From: a virus
IMG/VR virus record: IMGVR_UViG_3300033153_005382
Span: 1 to 64,000 of that record
Strand: one strand, 5' to 3'
Length of the DNA stretch: 64,000 nt
Shown here: one piece after another, positions 1-9,895 of the stretch
Numbering within the stretch: the stretch's first letter is position 1
How the letters are laid out: each line of letters starts with the position of its first letter
Translations under genes and position numbers: made by a program
Notes under the pieces: model-generated
Seen by the model: the letters and a program-made list of their open reading frames with translations, nothing else
What the model was told of the DNA's origin: nothing
The model's database searches: none

Positions 1-113
1 TGAGAAACTGATCCTCTGCTTTAGCTTCAATACACAACATGAATAACAACGACACTGTCCAAATAACCGATTGATGCAATTTCATGGCACCTTCCTCTCT
101 AACATCTTCTGGA

Positions 114-566
114 CTAGGAACCTACCCTAGCCTTCACTTCCTCGGTCATCAGGATTATGGTCTGTGTATCGGCCTCAATGGAATCCAACGACTCTTGCGA
201 CGTTGCATGTTCAGCACTTACCCGATCACAAAATTTGTGTATGTCTTCATTCAAACCTTCAACGGAATCCCTCGTCCTGGCGGAATTCGCAGCCATGGCC
301 TTCGTTGCGTCCGCAATAGTCTGCAACGAATCTCGATTGTCCTCACTGGCCGCAAGCACTGCATCATTCGTCTCAATCGAATTCTTCACGCTTTCTTGCA
401 AAGCGGAAATCAGAAACGCCCGTTCTTCTGTGAAGGGCACAATCGTACACTTCCAAACGACGAAACACAAAACGCAAACGGCTACTGTAGGCAGTCCTAC
501 TTGATTTATAAGCCGCAGCCAACTATTCAACACAACAGTACCACCGTTTACATTACTCATTGACAT
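114..566 (-). CDS. membrane-anchored coiled-coil protein, holin-like
   Basis: One N-terminal hydrophobic segment (VGLPTVAVCVLCFVVW) followed by a long heptad-rich helical region. Confidence 0.45.
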   Translation of the reverse strand: MSMSNVNGGTVVLNSWLRLINQVGLPTVAVCVLCFVVWKCTIVPFTEERAFLISALQESVKNSIETNDAVLAASEDNRDSLQTIADATKAMAANSARTRDSVEGLNEDIHKFCDRVSAEHATSQESLDSIEADTQTIILMTEEVKARVGS

Positions 567-586
567 GCCCCTTTTATCAAAAACCC

Positions 587-961
587 TTAATAGGGCACAG
601 CATACCCTTCTTGTACCATTGAATCATTTACATTCTTCCACCTCTCCGATCTACTATCATCCTCGATCCATATCGTAGCTAGGTATCGGCCATACTTCCC
701 GGTCCTGTCCTTGTGTGTCTCGATCGTTACTTCCTTGTTCAGTACCTTGACTTCTAACGCCTCACGAGCCTTTACGGCCTTTCGAGTCTCAGTCAATGAG
801 CGGGAACGTAACTCGGATGAGTCGATTCCTTTCAGTCTTAACTTGACATTCCGTGCCCAAATCCCCATACCCAAATCAACATCCGCTCGAACCGTATCTC
901 CGTCGTACACACTGATGATCCGAGCCTTATACCGATAACGAAACTGATCTGTCGATTCCAT
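587..961 (-). CDS. thermonuclease (SNase-like) family nuclease
   Basis: VYDGDT, RLKGID..E, GKYGRYLA and VN..MV.EGYA motifs. Confidence 0.9.
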   Translation of the reverse strand: MESTDQFRYRYKARIISVYDGDTVRADVDLGMGIWARNVKLRLKGIDSSELRSRSLTETRKAVKAREALEVKVLNKEVTIETHKDRTGKYGRYLATIWIEDDSRSERWKNVNDSMVQEGYAVPY

Positions 962-975
962 TACTCTTCCTTACA

Positions 976-1198
976 TTAACTCCGACATTTCGGGAACAAC
1001 AACCGTCTCACTGGCTTTTCTTTGATCCGCTGTCGAACAGGCCTCAGCCGATTCACAGCCTTGACCATTTTCCTGACAGGCTTTTCCTCGACGATACGTA
1101 CCGTGGCTCGTACTGGTGCTTTGATTATCACTGACCGACAAACACCATCCGTCACACGGGCCTCCAAGTGCGATCGACAAAACCAATACCTCAAGCAT
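976..1198 (-). pseudogene. small exported basic protein with PVR repeats, apparently frameshifted near 1153
   Basis: SD AAGGAG precedes ATG at 1198 (MLEVLVLSIALGGPC). Removing one base joins it to TDGVCRSVIIKAPVR...KPVR...RPVR...KPVR in the adjacent frame. Confidence 0.5.
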
Positions 1199-1212
1199 TT
1201 CTTTCTCCTTGT

Positions 1213-1599
1213 CTAACATCGTGGACCGAATCGCGGTCCGAACAACCTCACCCCTATCCACATAATCCACGCTACTGCAACACTGGTTCCATCTGCTAGC
1301 ATTGCATCCCGAAACATTCTATGCACTTTCCAACTCGGAATATCCTTCCTGTTCGTGCAATAGTAATCATGTACTACTGTCGCACGCCTGTACTTGCCAA
1401 TGAATGCTGGGAACAGTCGTCGTAGAAACCAACCGGTCGATGCTCCGTTTATGACCGTCCCTTTCCCAGCAATCCAAACTGTTCGTCCCCTATTGTCAAT
1501 GAACTTCACGTCGTCCAACAGACGCATATTCCTCGGATGATCGGATAGCCAAACAGTCCTGACCTCGTTGACGAACGTTCCGTAGTACGGCGACTTCAT
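1213..1599 (-). CDS. DUF1353-like protein
   Basis: G...NGAS, Y.RA.VVHDY.C, F.DAM...G, W.GVRLFG pattern. Confidence 0.8.
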   Translation of the reverse strand: MKSPYYGTFVNEVRTVWLSDHPRNMRLLDDVKFIDNRGRTVWIAGKGTVINGASTGWFLRRLFPAFIGKYRRATVVHDYYCTNRKDIPSWKVHRMFRDAMLADGTSVAVAWIMWIGVRLFGPRFGPRC

Positions 1600-1835
1600 C
1601 GTTCCGTCCTCGTACTTCTTCGTTTAACCTTAATCACTCCGTCCCGAAATTGCTTGTACTGCACGACCTTGACGCCGAGACCGTCCATACACTTTAGCAC
1701 TGCCTTCCACTCTGCTGGACTTGGTGCGGTTAGAACTCCCATGATCTCTACTTCCTCACGATCGATGAATCGACAACTTGCAGTCCATCTATACGACTCA
1801 CCGTATGAACTGCCTTCATCGAAAACACGGACCAC
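1596..1835 (-). CDS. hypothetical protein
   Basis: ORF coupled to the next gene by an ATGA overlap; start uncertain. Confidence 0.55.
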   Translation of the reverse strand: MVRVFDEGSSYGESYRWTASCRFIDREEVEIMGVLTAPSPAEWKAVLKCMDGLGVKVVQYKQFRDGVIKVKRRSTRTER

Positions 1836-1858
1836 ACCTGAAAGAATCTCAAACTCTG

Positions 1859-2149
1859 CTACGGCTTTTTTGCTAAGCCCAACGCCTTCAGCTTCTCACT
1901 CATTCCTAACGAATCGGCATACGATATACCATAGCCATTCAACGATTCAAGCAACTTGATCATAGCAGCTTGAACCGCGACTACATCCTCATACGTCATA
2001 TCGTGGTAATCGAGAACACAATCGAAGAACGGTTTCGTTGTTCCATCCTCCGTAATCTCCTCGATATGGAACGGTATTCCGATCGTATATCTTTTCACAT
2101 CCGCTTTCTTTACTTCGGTCGGCATCGGTTTACTCCGTTGTTTCGTCAT
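1859..2149 (-). CDS. hypothetical protein
   Basis: ORF in a tightly packed operon; start may be the second Met (MPTEV). Confidence 0.55.
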   Translation of the reverse strand: MTKQRSKPMPTEVKKADVKRYTIGIPFHIEEITEDGTTKPFFDCVLDYHDMTYEDVVAVQAAMIKLLESLNGYGISYADSLGMSEKLKALGLAKKP

Positions 2150-2642
2150 CGGAAACTAACTCCAACGTATACTGGGTATCTGTATCCACTGCTGTCTTAA
2201 CAGACGGCAACGTTACTGGTTTACTGAATGCTCCCGCCATCCAAGCCGGTACTGCAATCCCACTCGCTCCCAACGCACTGGCTAATACAAACGGAAGTGT
2301 CTTCGTTAGAAGCGACTGCTTCGGCTCCGAAGTCAGTTCGGTCGTGGCGACGGGAGAACGTACAACTTCTGCAGCCGGCGTGTGATAATGAACCTCGTCG
2401 CCAACTCGAATGTTCATGTCGCTGTCCTCCAATGCTAGCGGATCGCCTTCTTGACCTAGCGTTCCATCTTGCATCTTCAAAGCGCCTCGACGTACCATAT
2501 TGCGATCCTTCATCATCGCACTGAACTGGCCGAGCCTCTCAGCTAGCTTACCCTGGTACCACTGCCGCATCACTCTCTCTTGCGGCGTCTCCGTCGTTCC
2601 GTTGTCTGGCACGTTCCACCTCCTCGATTGCTTCATTAGCAA
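2130..2642 (-). CDS. hypothetical membrane protein
   Basis: C-terminal hydrophobic helix (LPFVLASALGASGIAVPAW); true start probably MRQWYQ. Confidence 0.55.
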   Translation of the reverse strand: MLMKQSRRWNVPDNGTTETPQERVMRQWYQGKLAERLGQFSAMMKDRNMVRRGALKMQDGTLGQEGDPLALEDSDMNIRVGDEVHYHTPAAEVVRSPVATTELTSEPKQSLLTKTLPFVLASALGASGIAVPAWMAGAFSKPVTLPSVKTAVDTDTQYTLELVSDDETTE

Positions 2643-2730
2643 GCTGTTCGATCACTGCTGGTATGCCACGTGAGAAATACGCAGCATCCAGCGTGACCGA
2701 ATCTTTCACAATTCTTCCCAGATCCAACAT
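2548..2730 (-). CDS. hypothetical protein
   Basis: Starts 2 nt after the upstream stop; SD-like GGAG. Confidence 0.5.
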   Translation of the reverse strand: MLDLGRIVKDSVTLDAAYFSRGIPAVIEQLANEAIEEVERARQRNDGDAARESDAAVVPG

Positions 2731-2732
2731 CG

Positions 2733-3011
2733 TTACTCCACGACGGTGGCCGGAACGGGACCGGACGGATTCACTCTCGACGCGACTTCCCGCACGCCTA
2801 CCGCCTCGGCTAGTGAAACAAGATCCTTGTCCTGCAGGTAGCTGTAATCAGCCGCCTTCGAGACTGTCACGGCGTCGTTCTGAAACCGTGTCATCGCTTG
2901 ACCCATACCGGCCATGTTCTGGTCGTGCAGGCCTCCGAACTGGGCAGTTGCTTCTGCCATTTCCAATTCTCCTTCTCCCGGAACGGGAATATCTAGAGTG
3001 TCATCAGGCAT
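2733..3011 (-). CDS. hypothetical protein
   Basis: Abuts the protease stop; SD AAAGG. Confidence 0.6.
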   Translation of the reverse strand: MPDDTLDIPVPGEGELEMAEATAQFGGLHDQNMAGMGQAMTRFQNDAVTVSKAADYSYLQDKDLVSLAEAVGVREVASRVNPSGPVPATVVE

Positions 3012-4199
3012 CTAAATACCTTTCTGACGAACTGGTACGAGGCGAAGCTTGAGCGGAGCTCCTCCGAGGTAATGTGTCGCCTCTTGAATCACATCACCCT
3101 CCGCATTTACCGTCTGCATTCGTACTGGTGGCAGTCGTCCGATTATCAATTGTATCTGTTCCTCGGTAAGTTCGATCAGTTCGCAGTCCTTACCAGGATC
3201 GCCCTTTTCGCCCTTCGGACCTCTTTCTCCAGACGGTCCTTGCTTGCCCGGCGGTCCTTGTTCACCTGGCGGTCCTTGTTCACCTGGCGGTCCTGGACAA
3301 CGAGCTAGCTCGGCTATTGCTTCTGTGTTCTTCTGTATCAGAATCAACAGCTTCCCATAATTGACCTGGACCGTATTATCAACTTCGTCCTCAGTCGATG
3401 CCTCTTCGTCTGTTCCCTCTTCCTCTTCGTCTGTTCCCTCTTCCTCTTCGTCTGTTCCCTCTTCCTCTTCGTCTGTTCCCTCTTCCTCTGACTGGTCCTT
3501 CGTTGTCAACTCGACTATCTTCTCTGTAATGCATACATAACAGGGACCGAATGTCTCGCCCTCATCGCCGCAACTCACCAAGCCGACTAGCTGTCCACTC
3601 CTTGTGAGAATCGGGCCTCCTGACATGCCATTGACGACTACGACTCGAATGCGTAATAGCCGTCTCGCTAACCGACCTACTGATCTTGCCCAACCCAATA
3701 ATGGACCTTGACGTTGCACCAACCGATCCTTGACATTGCCACATGCCCAAATCACCTCACCTTCAGCTGGATCCTTAGTCGCTATCGGAAAGGCAACGAT
3801 CCTAGGCGGGCATCGAATCAGCAACAAAGCGATGTCATTGTCGTGATCCACAATCTTTATCGTCGCCTCGTATCCATCTTTCTCACTACACCACACTACC
3901 GCCCTCACCGTATCTGTACTGAATCCATGAGCAGTTGTCGCTACGATTGCCAATCTTTCCTTCTCGTACACTCTCACAACGCATCCGGACTGAACTGACA
4001 CATACCCATTTGAATCGTAGAGACGAATCACCGGAATCGACGAATGACGATACTTTGCCTCGGGTTGTGTTCTAGAAACTGTTCCTCGCTGAGCCAGATT
4101 GCAACGGCCATTGATGCAATTCATCTGGGCCAACGTCTGACCTACAAACAGCAGAACAACCAACAGTATGACGATACCTGTTAGTGCTTGCCTTCTCAT
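3012..4199 (-). CDS. secreted trypsin-like serine protease with acidic repeats and a collagen-like segment
   Basis: Signal peptide; catalytic triad motifs TTAH, DIALL, GMSGGP; (EEEGTDE)n; GPPGEQ triplets. Confidence 0.85.
   Translation of the reverse strand: MRRQALTGIVILLVVLLFVGQTLAQMNCINGRCNLAQRGTVSRTQPEAKYRHSSIPVIRLYDSNGYVSVQSGCVVRVYEKERLAIVATTAHGFSTDTVRAVVWCSEKDGYEATIKIVDHDNDIALLLIRCPPRIVAFPIATKDPAEGEVIWACGNVKDRLVQRQGPLLGWARSVGRLARRLLRIRVVVVNGMSGGPILTRSGQLVGLVSCGDEGETFGPCYVCITEKIVELTTKDQSEEEGTDEEEEGTDEEEEGTDEEEEGTDEEASTEDEVDNTVQVNYGKLLILIQKNTEAIAELARCPGPPGEQGPPGEQGPPGKQGPSGERGPKGEKGDPGKDCELIELTEEQIQLIIGRLPPVRMQTVNAEGDVIQEATHYLGGAPLKLRLVPVRQKGI
3401..3490. repeat. 21-bp coding tandem repeat (about 4 copies, EEEGTDE)
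   Basis: cctcttcgtctgttccctctt repeated. Confidence 0.9.
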
Positions 4200-4298
4200 C
4201 AGGTAGTTCCCCTTCTTATCGTCTCTTTATGCAACGACCCACAATGTCATTATAGGTGCATCGAAGCTTTTAGCCTATAGAGCTTCCAATGACTTACT

Positions 4299-5876
4299 CT
4301 ACTTGTAGAACGCCTCCAATCTCTTCTCAAGTCCCACCTCCTCGTACATTTTGTTCATCTCCTTGAACTCATCTGGCAAATCCTCCTCCTCCTCCTCGGT
4401 GAGCGGTTCGTTGTTCTCACATATCAAATCATCCGTTGGCGACAATCCTAGCCTCCATCCCAACAACTCTACTGCCCTGGGCAATGTCATAGTCATCGCA
4501 ATTCCTACGTCTGCATGACCATGTATGTCACTAACTGCTTTAAGCTTGTAACTGTTCGGTGGTTTGTGTTCGATGAAGAACTTGGCTATGTCTCTTCTGA
4601 GCCTTCCTTCTTGGTCCTCGTAACACTCCAACATACGTGCTTTCACTAACTGCACTAGACTCGTTGCCATTGCTGTCTGAAAACCTGGCATTGAGAACTT
4701 GGCTTCGGTCATCGGCACTCCCTCTTTTCGGAGCCTCTGTGCCATGAATGATCCTCCTGCAGCTGGATCGTAAAAACACGTCAGGAACCTAAAACTTTCC
4801 CATTGCTGTTTAACATGCACCTCCACGTCATTACTGTTCACTTCCAACTTATCTCCATTCGGAACCTCCGGTGCGAATCCCCTAATGCACATCACCTTGA
4901 CTAACTGACGTGTCCTATGCACTCCTACGATTACAACACCGGCATGATCTTTCGATACTCCTAAATCCACCCCACCCAAATAGACCCACCCTTCCTCCGG
5001 CTCGAACAGAGGTTCCTTCCTCCGAAAGCATCCTTCAACATCGTCCTCACTCAACGCATCGCCGACTCCGCTTACCCAACGTCCCCTCCACAACCGTTCA
5101 AATTCAGTCCCTATCGGATCGCGACGTCTTGCCTCTTCGATGTCCTCCTCCTTAGCCCAGGGGGCGGGACTGCTCCACTTTTGAACACACCACCGATCCG
5201 TATGCTTGAATGCATTCTGTCTCCACCTCCAAGCCGGCGTTCCTCGAATCCCTGCATTCGTTGCGATGATCACAACTGACCTTGCCGTTCCATCAGCGTT
5301 TTGCATGTGGTCTTCCATTGCCCTCCACTTTGCTACGTGAACCAATTCATTCAAGACTAACAGATCGGGTGTCTCACCATGTTCGGCTCCCTGACTGTCC
5401 GTTGCCTCAATATGCGTCCACACTTGCCTTCGCATCTTTTTATTTCTGATCGCTCCTTCGATGATCTCTACATACTTTTCCAGCCAAGGGTTGTAATACA
5501 AAATCTCAACTGCTCGATTTTGGACGATCTTCGCCTGCTTGTGATTTGACGCACATATCTGCACCTTGATCGGCTTGAACGGAAAACACATCAGCCACAA
5601 TACGCAAGTTGCGATGTCGTGATCTTTTGACGCTTTCTTTGTCCGCTCGATCCAAAACCTTCTGATCGGTGGTTCCGTCCCTGCTTGTATCGCTCTCAAC
5701 GAATCTTTCAACTTCCTAAATGTCTCCAACTGGAAGTCCTCAATACAATCGTCAAATAGTCTCCTACCCTCTGCGGATGGTATGATCAGTGACCTAGCAA
5801 AGAATACCGGATCCTTCCTACCCCTTCGCTCGATCTCCCTCATCGTCGCTTCCGACATTTCCTCTTTCGACACCAT
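4299..5876 (-). CDS. terL: terminase large subunit
   Basis: DPVFFA N-terminus, variant Walker A RTKKASKD, Walker B LVLNE, motif III ATNAG, RuvC-like GVDLG..KD and C-terminal HAD. Confidence 0.85.
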   Translation of the reverse strand: MVSKEEMSEATMREIERRGRKDPVFFARSLIIPSAEGRRLFDDCIEDFQLETFRKLKDSLRAIQAGTEPPIRRFWIERTKKASKDHDIATCVLWLMCFPFKPIKVQICASNHKQAKIVQNRAVEILYYNPWLEKYVEIIEGAIRNKKMRRQVWTHIEATDSQGAEHGETPDLLVLNELVHVAKWRAMEDHMQNADGTARSVVIIATNAGIRGTPAWRWRQNAFKHTDRWCVQKWSSPAPWAKEEDIEEARRRDPIGTEFERLWRGRWVSGVGDALSEDDVEGCFRRKEPLFEPEEGWVYLGGVDLGVSKDHAGVVIVGVHRTRQLVKVMCIRGFAPEVPNGDKLEVNSNDVEVHVKQQWESFRFLTCFYDPAAGGSFMAQRLRKEGVPMTEAKFSMPGFQTAMATSLVQLVKARMLECYEDQEGRLRRDIAKFFIEHKPPNSYKLKAVSDIHGHADVGIAMTMTLPRAVELLGWRLGLSPTDDLICENNEPLTEEEEEDLPDEFKEMNKMYEEVGLEKRLEAFYK

Positions 5877-6233
5877 ACTTCACAAACCTTTACAGACGAT
5901 CTTTTCCCTGTTTATTCAAACACTTAGATACAACACGTCTAATCACCTTGTCTTCCGTACTGTATGTACTGCCTTCAGAACAAAAATGAAAATTCAACCC
6001 GCCACAGACAGGACACGCCTCGGTATTGTCCATATGATCAATGTGGCCTCATCTAGAGCATAGTCAGCGAATTCACCCATTACTTCTTCTCCTCGATCAA
6101 CTGGGTTTCTTTCGTGCTTTCTTTCCTTGACTCGACGTGCATAGTTCTGACAGCTTCTTCCCTAGTCCAAAACGGACCTACTCGCTTGTCATCGCCGGTG
6201 TGCTTTGTGACTAATACAAAGTAAGCCATGTGA

Positions 6234-6653
6234 CTACTCTCCTACGATTTCAATGTTCTTCTTCAACAAAAGGACAGTATTCTTGACTGCTGTTTGTAAC
6301 AGATCGTTCGACAGATCAAAATCCCTGACTCGTCCTGCTCTGGCTAATCCGGCAGTGACGCCGTCTACGATATGCTCTAACACATCGATCAAATTGACAT
6401 CGTCAGGAACTCCGTCCTCCGTTTCCAAATGATGCCTGCTACACACACGATGACTTCTCCACCACTCTTGTCGTTCGAAGCCTGACGAGAAGTCCTTGTA
6501 GAACTCATCTATCTCGGTAATCTTGTCTTCGTCATGTCTTGAAGCACACTGTACCAATTTATCGCACAACAGACCGATAACCTTAGCTACGTCTTCCCTG
6601 TGTAGAATACTGGCAACGAGTAACTCACTTTTTTGTGACTTTCGTATGGTCAC
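6234..6653 (-). CDS. HD-like hypothetical protein (DUF5662-like)
   Basis: H...V, RHD.DK, H....RHH, LIDVLE.IVD pattern. Confidence 0.5.
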   Translation of the reverse strand: MTIRKSQKSELLVASILHREDVAKVIGLLCDKLVQCASRHDEDKITEIDEFYKDFSSGFERQEWWRSHRVCSRHHLETEDGVPDDVNLIDVLEHIVDGVTAGLARAGRVRDFDLSNDLLQTAVKNTVLLLKKNIEIVGE

Positions 6654-6702
6654 ACGTCCTCATGTTATAAACAGATAATCGTCTGATCTTTACACTCATA
6701 TC

Positions 6703-7092
6703 TTAATCCTCCAAAGCGTTGCGTTCGTTTTCCCTATCACGATTTTCTTCAGCAGCGTCATGATCGGAATACTTTTCTGGATATCGCTCCCGTAGCTTTT
6801 TGATATTCTTCCTCATTACATCTTCCATACTGATCTCCAACGTATTACAAGCCAGAGCAATGTACCATAAGACATCGCCTAGCTCTTCGATCACGTTGCA
6901 TTCATCGAGCGACTGCCGGTAGAACATGAACCGTTTGAACTGATCCATCAGCTCTCCTACTTCACTTGACATGCCTATCAAAGCATGCCACAGACGAACA
7001 TCGTACTCGCCCATGTTTTCCAATCTACCCAAAACAAAATCCGCCGGTGATTCGGTCCTGGCTGCCAATTTCTGATACTCCCTACTATTCAT
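6703..7092 (-). CDS. MazG-like nucleotide pyrophosphohydrolase
   Basis: YQ..A.RT, G..SEVGE, EELGDVLWY, N..KL..RYP. Confidence 0.9.
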   Translation of the reverse strand: MNSREYQKLAARTESPADFVLGRLENMGEYDVRLWHALIGMSSEVGELMDQFKRFMFYRQSLDECNVIEELGDVLWYIALACNTLEISMEDVMRKNIKKLRERYPEKYSDHDAAEENRDRENERNALED

Positions 7093-7115
7093 GTAATTCT
7101 CCTTTGTTAAACAGA

Positions 7116-7167
7116 CCTGGACAGCAGCAGGGATGCCCCGGGATAAGGTAAGCTACTACTGTCCAGG
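7116..7167 (-). terminator. 15-bp intergenic RNA hairpin (terminator or processing site)
   Basis: CCTGGACAGTAGTAG pairs with CTGCTGCTGTCCAGG; the two G-U pairs form only on the minus strand; weak U tail. Confidence 0.5.
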
Positions 7168-7178
7168 CTGGGGCGTTC

Positions 7179-7565
7179 TTACTCAACCAATCTCGCATGC
7201 TCCGAATCATCCCGTGCCTTCCAATGTCGATTAGGGTGACTTCCTTCTACAAATTCGACTAGTGCTAGATTAGCTACATCTACGAGGTCTTCTAGATTGC
7301 CTGTCTTTTCGTACAAATCCAAATGACGACGGATGCTTGACACCTGATCCCACTTCGATCCTTCGTTAAACAGACCATAGCGAAAAGCTCCTATAATCAA
7401 CCGTCGCCGCATCATCCACTCAAACGCTGGGGACCATCTGATCCGAATCAACTCCGGCAAGTCCGGCAGTCGTCTTTGATCAACATGACACCCTAAGCTT
7501 AGTAACAGATGCTCCCGCAAACATTCCGTCACTGTCGGCACTACAAAACTCCCGTATCTTTCCAT
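7179..7565 (-). CDS. all-alpha dNTP diphosphohydrolase-like protein (DUF5664-like)
   Basis: GA.RYG ... IRRHL..Y..TGN.EDLVDVAN pattern. Confidence 0.45.
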   Translation of the reverse strand: MERYGSFVVPTVTECLREHLLLSLGCHVDQRRLPDLPELIRIRWSPAFEWMMRRRLIIGAFRYGLFNEGSKWDQVSSIRRHLDLYEKTGNLEDLVDVANLALVEFVEGSHPNRHWKARDDSEHARLVE

Positions 7566-7762
7566 CTGCTGCCCTTATGATTTAGTGCTTCCCACAACTC
7601 CGCACACCGCCAATGTCCCAAAAATCGCAGATACCACCGATGGCATCGCACACAATACCACTCCTCGTGAAACGCTCGTATGTACGTGAGAGAATTACAC
7701 CACGGACGTCCGACAGTTCCGTCCTTCATCTCTATCCCCACTCCCGCACAAACCCTATCGAC

Positions 7763-8020
7763 CTAGAGACTTTCTTCGTGCGCTCTCATCCTTCTCTTTG
7801 CAATGCTCTTAAGATAGCGGTCCGTTTGCCGATCTGTCATATACATCATAGCTTCCGAATCCAAATCCAACGATCTGTGAAACTCGTCTTCTGAGGGCCG
7901 CAATCTATGATAAATCTCCCGAGGCCAAAACCTAATCAACAACCATGATTGCTCGTAGACCGGAGTAATTGACCTACAGATATTCCAATACAATACAGCT
8001 ATCGACCTTCTTACTGACAT
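7763..8020 (-). CDS. hypothetical protein
   Basis: ORF in the operon orientation. Confidence 0.45.
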   Translation of the reverse strand: MSVRRSIAVLYWNICRSITPVYEQSWLLIRFWPREIYHRLRPSEDEFHRSLDLDSEAMMYMTDRQTDRYLKSIAKRRMRAHEESL

Positions 8021-8043
8021 AACTGTCTTCCTCGTAACAATGA

Positions 8044-8232
8044 TTACACTCGGTCCCTTCCCCGTTCCTGCAAGAACTTAAGAGTGCACTGCTCCGAACA
8101 GAAATCCCATTCCTGTTGACCAGAGTCGATAACAATCAACCATCCTACCCACACTCTCCCGACTGGTCTCATTGGCATCTGTTTACGCTGACTACATTGA
8201 TCACACATGCGCTCTACAATTTCACGTCGCAT
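8044..8232 (-). CDS. small Zn-finger protein (TRASH/FCS-like)
   Basis: CDQC ... DFCSEQC. Confidence 0.55.
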   Translation of the reverse strand: MRREIVERMCDQCSQRKQMPMRPVGRVWVGWLIVIDSGQQEWDFCSEQCTLKFLQERGRDRV

Positions 8233-9130
8233 GATCTTTCTCCAGCTTGTGTGTAATTTCTAAATCAAACGGCAATTCCCGACACCGGAAGCCTGCCGCA
8301 CCGGGGTGCCCTCCGCCGCCACACCGCTTGGCAATTGCTTCACAGTTAATCCCTTCCTTGTCTGAATACAGGCCCACGGTCCATACCTCCCCGTTCCAGT
8401 TGAATCCCATCATGCCGTCGTACTTTTTCGGGTCCCACACCGAATCGAAAAACTTGCTGCCCCGTCCGCCACGGTTAGCGGCGATCCAGCGAAGCCCTTC
8501 CCATTCCAGGGTGAAACAACCAGCACGGGCTCCGATCTCGTCTTCCCGAGACTGGTAGCGGAGGATGATTCTCCCCTTCTGCATCACCGGCAAGACATGA
8601 CTAGGGCTCCGGACGTAGGAGAGCAAGCCAGACCATTTGCCCTCGCAATCTTCCCGTGGGTCCATGTCATGCAGACGCAAACCATACTGGAACGGCAAGA
8701 CATCTTCATGATACCCGTGGTCCCACACGTCATATCGCCCAAGCAAACGCACCGCCCACGGTATCGGGGTAGAAGGAAAATAATACTCCCAGGCCAATTC
8801 ACACCCTGCCTTATTGACGTCTAGTACGACCTGTGTCGGACAGTTAAATAACCCGTGGTTTCTCCATTCATCGATGGCTGACTTGTGATGATCGATCCAT
8901 GTTATTTTACCTGCCACTGTAGATAGCCGTTTGAATTCCTCCCACGGCTGGATCGAGAAGTCAATCAGAGTGACGTGAGCCTCCTTGAATTCCTCCCACG
9001 GCAATTCCCATCCGTAGTTGGCCGGAATCAATTCGTACTTCTGGCCTATCCGCTCCATGTGCTTCGCGTAAATCGCACCGGAGCAGAATCCGTCCAAGTC
9101 AATTCCGTGGTACAGGCAGATGTTCTTCAC
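8222..9130 (-). CDS. DHH/DHHA1 phosphoesterase
   Basis: YH..DLDG, DFS, WIDHH, GGGGHPGAAGF. Confidence 0.9.
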   Translation of the reverse strand: MKNICLYHGIDLDGFCSGAIYAKHMERIGQKYELIPANYGWELPWEEFKEAHVTLIDFSIQPWEEFKRLSTVAGKITWIDHHKSAIDEWRNHGLFNCPTQVVLDVNKAGCELAWEYYFPSTPIPWAVRLLGRYDVWDHGYHEDVLPFQYGLRLHDMDPREDCEGKWSGLLSYVRSPSHVLPVMQKGRIILRYQSREDEIGARAGCFTLEWEGLRWIAANRGGRGSKFFDSVWDPKKYDGMMGFNWNGEVWTVGLYSDKEGINCEAIAKRCGGGGHPGAAGFRCRELPFDLEITHKLEKDHAT

Positions 9131-9163
9131 TTCCCACTCCTTTTTCTATTTTGAACATTTCCT

Positions 9164-9895
9164 TTAATCGAACAACTCAAACAACACTGGAATCCGACGT
9201 TTCATTTCTTCATGTAGCGGTTCCATTATTTGCTGCATCTGTGGATGAGCCTTTTTGGAATCCCTCATCTTGAACACATGCCGCCACTCGGTCGGATTCG
9301 TTGTAATCACAATCTCCGTCTTCAAGTCGATCGGTAAGACTCCTCTGGCTTGTTGTGGTGTCCACCCCTCCTCCAACAATAGCTTGTAATTCGCTTCGCA
9401 CTCCAACATTGCTGCCAGCCAGCGGACGCTCGCCCCGTCTTCCGTTTCCGGTTCTGGTTCTATTGCATTCTTGTACACCCCGGTCCTTTCCATAGGCAAC
9501 GCTTTCCACTCGTGCGTCCCTGACTCAACTCCGCTAACCCATGGCGGTATGACAAACGTTACCCCTCCTCTATAATCGCAAAACCTTGTCGACTCTTGAG
9601 CGTACGATGCTATCCTATGCCGTACCAATTCGTGGGAAAATCCACGGTTCGCTATGAACCTCACACTGATACTCCCACCGTGTTCCAACATGGCATAGTG
9701 GCCACGCTTAACCAACATCTCACAGAACGGAACGCAAGACACCTCCGTAATCCTATCCTCCGACTTGTAACAGACCCTAGCGATTCTTTCGATCCGACGT
9801 AATATCTCCATCCCATCATCTAACTCCATTATCTCAAAACTCGGCTTGACTAGTATCACCTTACCGATCCTCCTCAGCGGATTTCGATTCAACAT
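9164..9895 (-). CDS. thyX: FAD-dependent thymidylate synthase
   Basis: ARVCY.S, GH...LEH, HELVRHRIASYAQESTR, ARGVLP, AHPQM; likely GTG start near 9859. Confidence 0.95.
   Translation of the reverse strand: MLNRNPLRRIGKVILVKPSFEIMELDDGMEILRRIERIARVCYKSEDRITEVSCVPFCEMLVKRGHYAMLEHGGSISVRFIANRGFSHELVRHRIASYAQESTRFCDYRGGVTFVIPPWVSGVESGTHEWKALPMERTGVYKNAIEPEPETEDGASVRWLAAMLECEANYKLLLEEGWTPQQARGVLPIDLKTEIVITTNPTEWRHVFKMRDSKKAHPQMQQIMEPLHEEMKRRIPVLFELFD

Noticed and set aside
3190-3300. Collagen-like tail fibre
   Set aside because: Only about a dozen Gly-X-Y triplets, inside a signal-peptide protease far from the tail genes
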